DNA of 64,000 nt from Acidobacteriota bacterium (GCA_963666055.2 CAXWPH010000015.1:480001-544000), one strand, 5' to 3'. Shown: positions 53,451-63,448, counted from the first letter of the stretch. Notes: a model not told the origin generated them from the sequence alone. Program-made: numbers and translations.

Positions 53451-54563
53451 TCACGCCCCCCAGACCTGTTCGTAGACGCGCAGCCAATTGCCGCCGAGGA
53501 ACTTCTGGATATGCCACTCTGGCCAGCCGCGACGCTCGAGTGCTCGGATCACGTTGGGGAGCTCGCTGATGTTCTCGAAGCCCTTGACGAAGCGCCGCGG
53601 CCCCTCGTCCATGGCGTCCGCTCCAAAGAGCACGCGGTCCCTGATCGGTGACCGTCCCCAGGTGAAGTCGGGGCCGAGCCCGACGTGGTCAACGCCGACC
53701 AGATCGCGAATGTACTCGGCGTGCTCGAGCATCTCATCAACCGTTACCCACGGGCTCTCCGCCAGGTGGGCCATCTCCTTGCCGCGCACGACGTAGTCGT
53801 TGATCGCCACCACACCGATCACGCCCCCCGTCCCAGCGATCGCCTCGATGACCTCGTCGCCGAGGTTGCGGGTGCTGTTTGCGATGCCGCGCACGTTGCC
53901 GTGGCTGCAAATGATGGGGACGCCGGAGGACATCTGGATGGCATCGAGGCTCGTCCGATCGCCGGTGTGGCCGCCGACGTCGAGGACGATCCGCAGCTTA
54001 TGGATCTCCTCGATCAGCTGCCGTCCCGCACGGCTCAACCCGATGTGCCCATCGATGGCGCCGGCACCGAAGGCGTTGGCGATTTGGTAGGCGATGCCGC
54101 AGATGCGCAGCCCCAGCTCGTAGTAACTGCGCAGGTTGGTGCGCGGTGGGTCGCTCCACCAGTCGTTCTCGTCGCTGCGCCCACCGCTCAGCACATTCGC
54201 CGACTGCCACCCAAACAACAGGCCCAGCTTCCCCTGCCGATGCACCTCACGGATCTCGCCGACCGAGCGCACCACCTGAATCCTGTCGCCGTGCTCGTCG
54301 ATGAAGTTGTAGACGTCGGAGAAGCTCTGCCGGGCGCCCCCCACGCTCTTGTGCCAGCAGGTAACCCCACCGGCCTCGAGCATCCCGAGGTATTCCTCCG
54401 TCAGGTTCGAGGGATCGAGGCCGTTGACGACGAGGGTCGATTGAGCCGGCGGCCGCCGCTGGGCGTCGACGCCGGCCTCGGCAGCCCAGGCGGGCGCGCC
54501 GCGACTCAATCCCGTCGTTGCGCCGACCACCGCGGCACCTGTCAAGAAGCCTCGTCGATTCAT
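53451..54563 (-). CDS. Membrane dipeptidase (M19) with Tat signal
   Basis: NRRGFL, ICSHGN, RNLGDE, HVGLGPDF, LGGNWLRV. Confidence 0.9.
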   Translation of the reverse strand: MNRRGFLTGAAVVGATTGLSRGAPAWAAEAGVDAQRRPPAQSTLVVNGLDPSNLTEEYLGMLEAGGVTCWHKSVGGARQSFSDVYNFIDEHGDRIQVVRSVGEIREVHRQGKLGLLFGWQSANVLSGGRSDENDWWSDPPRTNLRSYYELGLRICGIAYQIANAFGAGAIDGHIGLSRAGRQLIEEIHKLRIVLDVGGHTGDRTSLDAIQMSSGVPIICSHGNVRGIANSTRNLGDEVIEAIAGTGGVIGVVAINDYVVRGKEMAHLAESPWVTVDEMLEHAEYIRDLVGVDHVGLGPDFTWGRSPIRDRVLFGADAMDEGPRRFVKGFENISELPNVIRALERRGWPEWHIQKFLGGNWLRVYEQVWGA

Positions 54564-54967
54564 AGCGCATGCTCTCCTTCAGTGTTATCCGGCCCCGCCC
54601 TTGCCTATGATGCAGGCTGGGATACAGTCTGCAGCTTGCTCCGGTCTCCGGCGGCCCGTCTCGGACCAGAGTCCCTGGAGTGTCAAGCCGGGATTTGCCA
54701 GATGAGTGGTGTCCGGCCACGCGACCGGCTTCGGCCAATGGCAACAGGCTGATATCCAAGCATAGACCCGCGGTTTGCTCCAGGGATTCAATGCGCAAGT
54801 GATGGCTTCCGCCCATCATGACAATCCCTTGTTGTCCTTGCAGTTACGGGACCTGTGACTACCTGTTTGCATAGAACGCTGGCGTGACTGCTTACGCATC
54901 GGTACCGTTCGGGGAACCTTGTCCGTCATCCCGGCACCCACAGCGGCGGCGAGCAGAGCCGCCGAAT

Positions 54968-55102
54968 CCTGGGCGACGGTCAGCAGTTCGTGATGTTCCC
55001 CGACACCGGCCAGAGAAGCCAGACTGACACGGTGTCGCTGATCCTCAACTGGTTCGACGAGCTGAAGCGGCTCGTGCCGACGGACCAGTAGTGTCGTCAG
55101 CC
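54968..55102 (+). repeat. Kinase-family 3'-end remnant, copy 5
   Basis: DGQQFVMF...SLILNWFDELKRLVPTDQ*, then tgtcgtcagcc. Confidence 0.9.
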
Positions 55103-55569
55103 GACTCTCCGCGAGTTCCTGCACGCTGCTGCCCCGCTACCTCTCCCGGTGCTCCACTCCAGCCACCTCAGTAGCCTCCAGAAGCAACGCTAGCTGCTGC
55201 TCTGGGATCGCCTTCCGTGTCATGGCGAGATTCACCATCGTCGGCGAGCGTGCGGATGTTGCACTGCCGCAGGGCTGAGGACGTCTCCAGCCAGATGCCG
55301 TCGAGGTGGGCTATCTGGGTGCTGGGGGTGAGCTTTCATGCGCCGGAGGGTAGCTCAGGAAGGCGGTTCGATCTGTAAGACAAGCGCTGGCGAGTGAGCG
55401 ACGACGCGATGGTGTGGCTGCCGGATCGCAAGGTGACGGTGTAATGGCCCGCGCGCGACGGAGCATCCGAGCATGGCGGAGGTCCACTGCTGGGTGACGG
55501 GACAACATGAGCCCCGATGGCCCCACCCCACCGACACGGGCGCCCGATATCAGAGCGCCATTGTCCGCA

Positions 55570-55845
55570 TCACGAGCCCGCGGAATGCTCCCCAGGATCC
55601 ACCTCGACACCTGCCCCACGTGCCGCCGAGTGATCGCCCCAGTTGGCCTGCGAAGCAAACGTATCCGTGTCCAGCGACATACTGGCGTTGCGCTCGAGAT
55701 ATGAGCGCACATCGCTTTCGCGATAGCGCAATTGCCCGCGAACGCGGACAAACGGCAACCGGCCCTCCTTGCGCTCGCGACGGATCGTCCGCGGCGAGAC
55801 CTGGAGCAGCTCTGCGAGCGTCTCGGTGGTGTACAGCTGCTGCAC
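55570..55845 (-). CDS. Excisionase-like HTH protein (orphan)
   Basis: LYTTETLAELLQVSPRTIRR..GRLPFVRV..QLRY. Confidence 0.75.
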   Translation of the reverse strand: MQQLYTTETLAELLQVSPRTIRRERKEGRLPFVRVRGQLRYRESDVRSYLERNASMSLDTDTFASQANWGDHSAARGAGVEVDPGEHSAGS

Positions 55846-56299
55846 GGTTGCGTACTCCCATGTTGGCGGAGTTCGGTAGGTGCCGAGACGAATTCGACAC
55901 CCGAGGAGTGTGCAACCGCCGTGCCAAACTCGGGCGCGTGCCCCGCGAGGCGACTGGACGCAGTACGCTTCGCCACCATAACTCACTACAACAAAAGGGG
56001 TTATCGAATACTTCCCGACCCGCTACAAGCCTCTGTCCGGCCAGCTTGGGCCACCCAGGTGCTGGTAGCGTCTCCCCCGTCCGCCCGTGCATTACGCTGA
56101 TCGAAACTGGCCTTTGCACCGTAACCCACTGATATCAAAAGCTTTATCGTCTCACCTACAAAACGTGTAGAAACTCCTACACGCTACGGGGGGATCGTCG
56201 ATGCCAGGTGGGGACGCCACCAGACAGGCGGGTACTCTCGCGAACAAGCATGGCCCACAACGGCCCCCGTCGCGGGGAATCTGAGCGAGATGCTCGCAG

Positions 56300-56408
56300 C
56301 TACCGTCTGCCACCGCACCGACTCGATCGCGAACGGCAATATATTGCTACGGTTATATGTTGCCATTACCACCGACACGCGCGGTGACCGCGGATTAGCC
56401 TGAGCCAT
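56300..56408 (-). pseudogene. Glycosyltransferase family 2 N-terminal fragment
   Basis: PRVSVVMATYNRSNILPFAIESVRWQT then breaks. Confidence 0.8.
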
Positions 56409-56426
56409 GAGGATCGAGGCGAGTTG

Positions 56427-56473
56427 GAGCAGCTGAAGCGGCTCGTGCCGACGGACCCGTAGCGTCCTCAGCC
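56427..56473 (+). repeat. Kinase-family 3'-end remnant, copy 6
   Basis: gagcagctgaagcggctcgtgccgacggacccgtagcgtcctcagcc. Confidence 0.9.
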
Positions 56474-56609
56474 GGTTGCTGGAGTATCGCTGACATCGTT
56501 CATCGCCAGCTCGGTCCGTGGTCTCTGTAAACAGGCGCTATCGGTCGGTTAGCGAGTCGCTTTCGCCACGTAAGGCGCACGGATAGCCGCCTGCGTGCTT
56601 CGGGGACGG

Positions 56610-56657
56610 ATCTTCGGGTTCGAGGAATCTGACGATGTGCGCTTCATCGCCATGGAG
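56610..56657 (+). repeat. Internal kinase fragment (IFGFEESDDVRFIAME)
   Basis: Near-identical to 48256-48303 and 4418-4465. Confidence 0.88.
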
Positions 56658-56784
56658 TCAGCATCTTTACCTCCAGGGCTGGCGATGGCTCAATGTTTGC
56701 GAGCGTTTCCGTTCGACTACGGAACCACGAGCTTGCCAAGCACACCCCCGTTGAAATCGCCCCGGCGGGCAACGAGGAACAAGT

Positions 56785-57546
56785 ATGTGCCAGCCTTCCA
56801 CCGTCGATGTCATCTACGTCAACCCCGGTATCTTTGCGTTTATGTATTTGTTCGGTCTGCCCGCGATCGTGCACTTTGGCATGCTCGTTGGGCCATGGGG
56901 TGACGGGCTCAACGCGCCGCCCTCCAGCGAAGACATTGGCAGTGTGGCGGCAGGAGTGCTCGCTGATCCCTCTCCTCACATTGGCAAGCGTTACCGTCCG
57001 ACGGGACCGAAGCTCATATCGCCGCACGACGTGGCCGACGTTCTCACCGACGTAGTCGGTCGCAAGGTCAAGTACCAGGACGTGTCCACCAAGATGTTTC
57101 TCAAGGCAGCGAAGGCGCAGGGTGTCTCAGACTTCGAGATCGGCCATATTGGTGCCTACTTCGAGGAGCTTCGTGGTGGCACGTATGCGGTCGGCGCGCC
57201 GACCGATCACGTTCAAGAGGTCTTGGGCAGGCCACCGGAGTCTTTCGAGACGGCTGCTCGACGATACATCGCCCAGCCTGATCTGATCGCACCTGGTCTG
57301 CGCGTAGGCACGAAGCTCGAGGCTCTTGCCTTCATGGTTAAGATGATGCTGACTCGCGCGCCGGATCCGGAGCGCTGGGCGCGGGAGCGCGGTCATCCGA
57401 TATTGCGGGAAGCGCTGCTTGCCCACGACAGTCGTAACTGGCGCGAAGCGGCAGAGCAGAAGGACCTTCTCCTGCTGCCCACTTCCCATGTTCGAGTACA
57501 GCAAGTTTCATACCCGGAAGAACTGATAAAGACAGCTCAATGGTAA
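56785..57546 (+). pseudogene. NmrA-like NAD(P)-binding protein lacking its N-terminus
   Basis: NAPPSSEDIGSVAA, YRPTGP, VGRKVKY; no GxxG Rossmann start. Confidence 0.7.
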
Positions 57547-57563
57547 GCAAGGAGACCCCTTCA

Positions 57564-57640
57564 ATGTCCGACCTCGATACCTTGTACGACCGAAATGAGG
57601 AATTCCCCCGCACGTTTGACCAGGGCGATCTCCCCATTTG
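57564..57640 (+). pseudogene. Possible beta-carbonic anhydrase N-terminal fragment
   Basis: AAGGAG RBS, MSDLDTLYDRNEEFPRTFDQGDLPI then stop; resemblance from memory only. Confidence 0.4.
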
Positions 57641-57798
57641 GCTGAAGGAGATTTCGGACAGCCCCATGCGCTGCCGGTAGGCGCTTGCTGGGCGCCATCT
57701 TGGGGGACTTGTTAGCGAGTGGTCGAGGTAGCGGTCCCTGCTTCGGTCCACGTCGCGAGGATCTCATTGGCCCAACTTTGCCCTCCAACGCCAGCATG

Positions 57799-57840
57799 CG
57801 GCACAAGCCGCTTCAGCTCGTCGAACCAGTTGAAGATCAG
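57799..57840 (-). repeat. Kinase-family 3'-end remnant, copy 7 (inverted)
   Basis: Reverse complement ctgatcttcaactggttcgacgagctgaagcggcttgtgccg = LIFNWFDELKRLVP. Confidence 0.88.
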
Positions 57841-58119
57841 CGCACCTGACCCATGCGCCTGCACCTGGATGCCCTGCGCGCAACTCCGCGGGGCGGCTAA
57901 CCCACGTCGCGACCTGCAGGCGCTTCCTCGCCGTCCGGCCCACCCTCCTCTAGCGCCGCTCGGTGGAGGGAACCTAAGTGATACCGTGCCGCCGCCCAGG
58001 TCATCTCCCAGCACGTCAGGACGCGCTTGCCGAGCTCCGGCCACGCGCGACCCGTAGTGCTCTCCGGCTCGAAACTAACTGTCGAGCCCGCGGGCCTGAA
58101 AACTGTAACGTAACGAGCA

Positions 58120-60741
58120 ATGCTGTCGCCGGTCTCTCCAGTTTCGTGGAACGGCCTCGCCGTGCGCACGTGCGCGCGTCCACTACTCGTGTGTACGACG
58201 CTCGTGCTGGCGATCGCCCTACCCTCAGCGGCGGAGCCTACCCCCACGGGCAGCGCCCCTACTGACTCCGCGAGCCAGAGCCAGGGCACGCGGGAGCAGG
58301 AACGACGAACCGACCGGCCACCGCGCTCGCGCCGCGTCATCCCGGTGCGCATGGTGAGCGACCGGCCCGGTACGGGCATCGCCGTCAACGTTCAAGCGCC
58401 GAGCGAACTTGCACCGCTGCAGCAGAGGCTGCCGACGCCCCCAGCGCCGGCGCGGCGTGTCATCCCCGTGCGCATGGTGACACCATCGAGACGTGGTTCC
58501 TCGGGCCGTGTGCAGATCGTCGTCGTGCCGCTCGCGCCGCCGGAGCTGTCTGGAACCGCCAACCCGCCGCCGAGAACGCCTGGTGCCGCCGCTACGACCG
58601 AGGTGCCGGCAGCGCCGCGCACCATACGAGCCCCCGGCGTCGCACCCAGCATGGTGGTCGGGCGCGCGCCGGAAGTACCGGTGCTCGACGGGCTGGTGAA
58701 CGAGGCCAGCTGGGATGGCGCCGACGTCGCCAGCGACTTTCTTCAGCGTGAGCCCAACGAGGGACAGCCCGCAACCGAGCGCACCGAGGTGCGCATTCTC
58801 TACGACGACAAGAACGTCTACGTCGGCGTCATCGCCTACGACAGCAACCCGGGCGCCATCCTCGCGACCGAGTTGCGACGCGACGAGCTCGGTGGACGCA
58901 GGGGGGGGTCCGACGACACCTTCACCATCCTGTTCGACACCTTCCACGACGGCCGCAGCGCCTTTCAGTTCACGGTCAACGCACTGGGCACCCGGCACGA
59001 TGCGCTGATCAGGAACGAGAGCGAGCTCAATACCGACTGGGACGAGGCGTGGCGCGCGGCTGCGCAAATCACCGCGCGCGGCTGGGAGGCCGAGCTCGTG
59101 ATCCCGCTATCGATCCTGAGGTTCTCCTCCGGCGTTGCCGACTGGGGAGTCGACTTCGAACGGCAGATCCGGCGCAAGAACGAACAGGCGATATGGAGCA
59201 ATTACCGACGCGATTACGAGTTCATCGCCGTCTCGCAGGCCGGTGACCTGCGCGGCTTTGAGAACCTTTCGGTCACGCAGCGCTTCCGCCTCAAGCCGTA
59301 TTTCCTGGGCGGCGCGACGTCGGTGTTCCAGGACCCCGGACGGCAATCCGACGTCACCAACCAACTCGGCATCGACGTGTTCAAGGTGCAACTGACCTCG
59401 AACCTCACGGCCGATCTCACCTACAAGACCGATTTCGCCCAGGTCGAGCTCGATCAGCAGCGCGTGAACCTGACGCGCTTCTCGCTGTTCTTTCCGGAAA
59501 AGCGCGACTTCTTCCTCGAGGCCGCCAACAACTTCAGCTTCGGCCAGCAGCGCAGCGGCTTCGACACTTCCGACCCGCCTATTCTAAATCTCTTCCACTC
59601 GCGCAACATCGGGCTGTCGGATGACGGCGTGCCGATTCCGATCGACTTTGGCGGTCGGGTGACCGGCAAGGTCGGTGCCGGCAACCTCGGCCTGTTGCAC
59701 GTGCAGACCAGCGACGCAACGATCGGCGGCGGACACAACTACAGCGCGTTTCGCTGGCGACAGGACGTACTGGCCCGTTCCAGCGTCGGAGCCTTGGTGA
59801 CCAACGTCCAGAGGCCCGACGGCGCCATCAACACGGTCGTCGCAGCCGACGCCAACTTCACGTTCTTCGATAACCTCAACATCTCGGCGTTCGGCGCCCG
59901 TGCTACCGACGACGAGCTCGACGAAGGTAAGCTCGCCGGCCAGTTCCGGGTGGGGTGGGAGAGCGACCTGTGGGAGGCCAGCTTCGACGTGATGCGCATC
60001 GACCCCGACTTCCGAAGCGATCTGGGCTTCGTCCTGCGGGAGGACATCATTCGTCGAGCCTACCGGGGCTCGTGGAAGCCTCGACCGAGCGTTCCATGGC
60101 TCCGGCAGGTGAACTTCAACGTCGCCGACACGACCTTCCACGACACATCCGGCACGTTGGTCAGCGGGCAGCGGTGGGTGGCGTCGGTCATCAACCTCGA
60201 GTCTGGGGACAGTTTCGGCACCTTCTTCGTCGATAACTTCGATCGACTGGACCTCCCCTTCCAGATCCATCCAGACGTGACCATCCCGCCCGGGGATTAC
60301 GACTTCCGCTACTTGTTCTTCTTCCTGTCCACGTATGGCGGCCGCGCATTTAGCGCCAGCGTCAGCGGGCGCATCGGTGAGATCTACGACGGCGATGTCG
60401 TCACCATCGAGCCGCGTGTATCGTTCAGGTTCAACGAGCGGTTCCGCATCTCGCCGAGCTTCAGCTACAACCGGGTCGAGCTGCCCGGGGGGAGCTTCAC
60501 GACCAACGTGCTCAATGCCGACGCCAACTACAGCTTTTCTGACCGGTGGCTCACCGACGCTATGGTTCAGTACAACAGTCAGTCGGACTCGCTGTCGATC
60601 TTCGCGCGGCTGCGCTACATCTATCGCGTCGGCGACGACATCTATCTTGTCTATCGCCAAGCGGGTGAATATGACGGCTTCCGGTTCGGCCGCCACGACC
60701 GCTCACTGACTCTGAAGGTCACCCGATCGCTCAACTGGTAG
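58120..60741 (+). CDS. CBM9-like/DUF5916 outer-membrane protein
   Basis: LDGLVNEASW, TEVRILYD, TDFAQVE, FFPEKRDFFLE, LFHSR, barrel-type C-terminus. Confidence 0.88.
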   Translation: MLSPVSPVSWNGLAVRTCARPLLVCTTLVLAIALPSAAEPTPTGSAPTDSASQSQGTREQERRTDRPPRSRRVIPVRMVSDRPGTGIAVNVQAPSELAPLQQRLPTPPAPARRVIPVRMVTPSRRGSSGRVQIVVVPLAPPELSGTANPPPRTPGAAATTEVPAAPRTIRAPGVAPSMVVGRAPEVPVLDGLVNEASWDGADVASDFLQREPNEGQPATERTEVRILYDDKNVYVGVIAYDSNPGAILATELRRDELGGRRGGSDDTFTILFDTFHDGRSAFQFTVNALGTRHDALIRNESELNTDWDEAWRAAAQITARGWEAELVIPLSILRFSSGVADWGVDFERQIRRKNEQAIWSNYRRDYEFIAVSQAGDLRGFENLSVTQRFRLKPYFLGGATSVFQDPGRQSDVTNQLGIDVFKVQLTSNLTADLTYKTDFAQVELDQQRVNLTRFSLFFPEKRDFFLEAANNFSFGQQRSGFDTSDPPILNLFHSRNIGLSDDGVPIPIDFGGRVTGKVGAGNLGLLHVQTSDATIGGGHNYSAFRWRQDVLARSSVGALVTNVQRPDGAINTVVAADANFTFFDNLNISAFGARATDDELDEGKLAGQFRVGWESDLWEASFDVMRIDPDFRSDLGFVLREDIIRRAYRGSWKPRPSVPWLRQVNFNVADTTFHDTSGTLVSGQRWVASVINLESGDSFGTFFVDNFDRLDLPFQIHPDVTIPPGDYDFRYLFFFLSTYGGRAFSASVSGRIGEIYDGDVVTIEPRVSFRFNERFRISPSFSYNRVELPGGSFTTNVLNADANYSFSDRWLTDAMVQYNSQSDSLSIFARLRYIYRVGDDIYLVYRQAGEYDGFRFGRHDRSLTLKVTRSLNW

Positions 60742-60920
60742 TCGGCGATGGCCCCAGTAACGAGCTGAATGGTTCCGCTTTTGGTTCCACATTTCCCCAG
60801 GTAATCGCTGCCGCTAGCAAGAATCACCAACGATCACGGGTCACGGCGGTCACTTCTCGGGCGGTACGTGGTTGGCTCGAGCGGGTCGGTGTCAAACAAC
60901 TTGAACAGGAGCTTGGAATC

Positions 60921-61325
60921 ATGTCCAAACCGAAAGCGAAGCCCGCCAAGATCCACTACGACGCGATTCCGTGGGGGGTCGTAGAGGGTTCGTCTGAGAA
61001 CTTGCGCATTCGGCGGCTGATCACGCGCGGGCGCCAGGGATCGGAACTCATGCTCGGAGTGGCCAGCCTGGACCCCGGCGTAGAAACCGGCTGGTGGTCC
61101 TCCATGCCGGAAGACGAGGCGCGGCCGGGCGAATACTGGATGGGACCCGTCGAGGAAACCTACTATTGCACTCGTGGCCAGCTGACGCTTTTCTGCGATG
61201 AGGGCGAGATCGAGTTTGGCCCCGACGACGCCGTCTACCTTGCCCCCGGTGGGCACTACAAGCTCAAGAACACAGGAGACGAGGCCGCCTTTTTCATTTA
61301 CAACCTGTATCCCCCATCAGAGTAA
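60921..61325 (+). CDS. Cupin domain protein
   Basis: EETYYCTRGQL, GPDDAVYLAPG, KNTG, YPP. Confidence 0.85.
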   Translation: MSKPKAKPAKIHYDAIPWGVVEGSSENLRIRRLITRGRQGSELMLGVASLDPGVETGWWSSMPEDEARPGEYWMGPVEETYYCTRGQLTLFCDEGEIEFGPDDAVYLAPGGHYKLKNTGDEAAFFIYNLYPPSE

Positions 61326-61502
61326 GCGGCATAGCTCGTTGGGTTATGCCTCTGCGAAGGCGCTCTCCTTGCCGCGTTGTCTCGCCCGCCTATAGAGGCT
61401 CTCCAGCGCCGCGGGAGCTTCGCTGATCTGTTCAACCTGTTCCTTCATCTGCACAGATGGGCTGTTCCGTCTGAGCTCTCAAGTCAGGCTAGGGGGTGGC
61501 TC

Positions 61503-62315
61503 TCAGTAGGCCCGATCGGCGAGGAGCTTCCGCATTACGTCTCTGCGCAGGCCCATTCTGGTCGCGAAGCGACCGCCCGGATGAGGCAGAAGCCAAACGT
61601 GCATCATCTGCGGCCCGCGGTACGAAGGCGTACCGATAGCGCACGTTCCATCGGCGAGGGCTGGAACGTGTGTGGCCCTGCCATTGTTGAAGCACCGCAC
61701 CCTTGACCAGGTATGGAAGTGCCAGAGTGTTAGCGGGCCACCTATCTGCGGTCCTTCATCCTCCGGGCTGTTCATGATGAACATGAAGGCGACCAGTTTC
61801 TTGCCCAGCGCTTCGCCGGAATACATCAAAAACTCGGGGCGCTGCGGATCAAGGACATGCTCATCGTTGACGAAGTTGATGTTTAGGTAGTGCGAGCGAT
61901 CCCCGGGCATGGGCTCGTAGCCGTCCGTTATGGCCTGCTGAAAGTCCAGCCAGCGGTGTGCTTTGGCACTGGCAACAGTCTTTGCCAGCAGCTCATCGGC
62001 AGCCCTTTGCTGCTCGGCGGTTGGCTCTGAGTTCGGGAACCGGTTGAGCTCGTATATCAGCATGCCTGTAGCCGGCGGCTTCATGTCCACTTCGGATTCC
62101 GGAGCGCAGCCAAGCTTCTTTCCATCGCTCTGCCACGTGCAGATCTCGCGTTCGATGCTGAGGCCGGTCGACGGGGTGTCGGCTTGGTCGGCGGCACTTG
62201 CCGAGGCGGCGACCAAAGCGACAAGGGCGGCAGCGCTCGCCAACCGCAAGACAGCGCTTGTTCGCCTTCGGGGCCTTTGCGTTGTTGGAGCTAACTTGAC
62301 TGCGTCTTGAACCAT
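61503..62315 (-). CDS. Secreted hypothetical protein (His-motif family)
   Basis: Signal peptide, HY.N, LDPQRPEFLMY, WHFH, MMHVW. Confidence 0.75.
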   Translation of the reverse strand: MVQDAVKLAPTTQRPRRRTSAVLRLASAAALVALVAASASAADQADTPSTGLSIEREICTWQSDGKKLGCAPESEVDMKPPATGMLIYELNRFPNSEPTAEQQRAADELLAKTVASAKAHRWLDFQQAITDGYEPMPGDRSHYLNINFVNDEHVLDPQRPEFLMYSGEALGKKLVAFMFIMNSPEDEGPQIGGPLTLWHFHTWSRVRCFNNGRATHVPALADGTCAIGTPSYRGPQMMHVWLLPHPGGRFATRMGLRRDVMRKLLADRAY

Positions 62316-62627
62316 GTCTTCGGTCCACCGTTCAGGTCTGATGCCTATTACTAGTCGTATTTCATGGCTCTTGCCGAGCTCATTTGTTTCCTAACCGCGA
62401 TTTCCGAGATTAACCTTGGTACCAACTCTTATCTCAGTAACTCGGTGCTGACAAAGATGAGACGAGAAGGTCAGCCACCCTTGGGGTCGGTTCTGAACCC
62501 CAGGCAAGAACGGCTCGCCTGCGCGAGCGAAGGCAGGCTGGCATGGCCCAGAGTAGCAGAGAGGTGGACCCGAAATTCGGACAGCTTGCCAAGGTGGGAT
62601 CCCGAGGCGCTTCGGGAGGAAGCGACG

Positions 62628-62683
62628 ATGGCGAAGGTGGCATGATCTCACGCTGGGTCGTGATGTCATGATCAAGATATCTT
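62628..62683 (+). repeat. Highly degenerate kinase N-lobe fragment
   Basis: catgatctcacgctgggtcgtgatgtcatgatcaagata vs cacgacacgacgctggatcgtgatgtcgccatcaaggtg at 48121. Confidence 0.55.
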
Positions 62684-62746
62684 CGCGATCAAGCTGAGCC
62701 CGCGCCGAATTCGTTTCCCCCATTCCGAAGAGAGAGTGAGGCCTGG

Positions 62747-63448
62747 ATGGCAGAGAACGTTGCGATAGTCACAGCCGCCGGTCGCGGCATGGGTGCTGCG
62801 ATCGCGCGGCGACTGAGCACATCGGGGTACGAGCTTGCCCTGATGTCACCCTCCGGGGCCTCAGTCGATCTCGCCGAGGAACTGGGCGGGTTCGGCATGG
62901 CCGGTTCGGTCACCGAGGTCGACGACCTCACCGCGCTGGTCGAAGGGACGCTGCAGAGGTACGGGCGTATCGACGCGGTGGTCAACCACACAGGCCACCC
63001 TCCCAAGGGGCCGCTGTTGGAGATACCCGACGAAGACTGGCACGCCGGCCTCGACCTCGTGCTGCTCAACGTGGTTCGTATGGCCCGCCTGGTGACTCCG
63101 ACCATGGTTGCTCAGGGGGGCGGTTCGATCGTGAACATCTCGACGTTTGCTGCCTTCGAGCCGTCGAACGTGTTTCCGGTGTCTGCCGCGTTACGGGCCG
63201 CCTTGGCCGGATTCACCAAACTCTATGCGGATGAGTACGCCGCCGCGGGGCTGCGTATGAACAACGTGCTTCCCGGCTACATCGACAGCCTCCCGGAGAC
63301 CGAGGAGCGCCGCGCCGCCATCCCGCTTGGCCGCTACGGCACGGTGGACGAGATCGCGGCGACGGTCGCGTTCTTGCTGTCTGCAGACGCCAGCTACATC
63401 ACGGGACAGAACCTACGGGCCGACGGAGGACTGACCCGCTCCGTGTAG
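62747..63448 (+). CDS. SDR family oxidoreductase
   Basis: TAAGRGMG, VNHTG, NNVLPG, YITGQNLRADGG. Confidence 0.92.
   Translation: MAENVAIVTAAGRGMGAAIARRLSTSGYELALMSPSGASVDLAEELGGFGMAGSVTEVDDLTALVEGTLQRYGRIDAVVNHTGHPPKGPLLEIPDEDWHAGLDLVLLNVVRMARLVTPTMVAQGGGSIVNISTFAAFEPSNVFPVSAALRAALAGFTKLYADEYAAAGLRMNNVLPGYIDSLPETEERRAAIPLGRYGTVDEIAATVAFLLSADASYITGQNLRADGGLTRSV

Noticed and set aside
50625-57840. Kinase 3'-end repeats as a CRISPR array or classical integron attC sites
   Set aside because: Spacers are kb-sized genes, there are no cas genes, I saw no GTTRRRY/RYYYAAC boxes, and I did not recognise the integrase as IntI-like.
43380-57840. Diversity-generating retroelement (template/variable repeats)
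   Set aside because: No reverse transcriptase in the window, and differences between copies are not adenine-specific.
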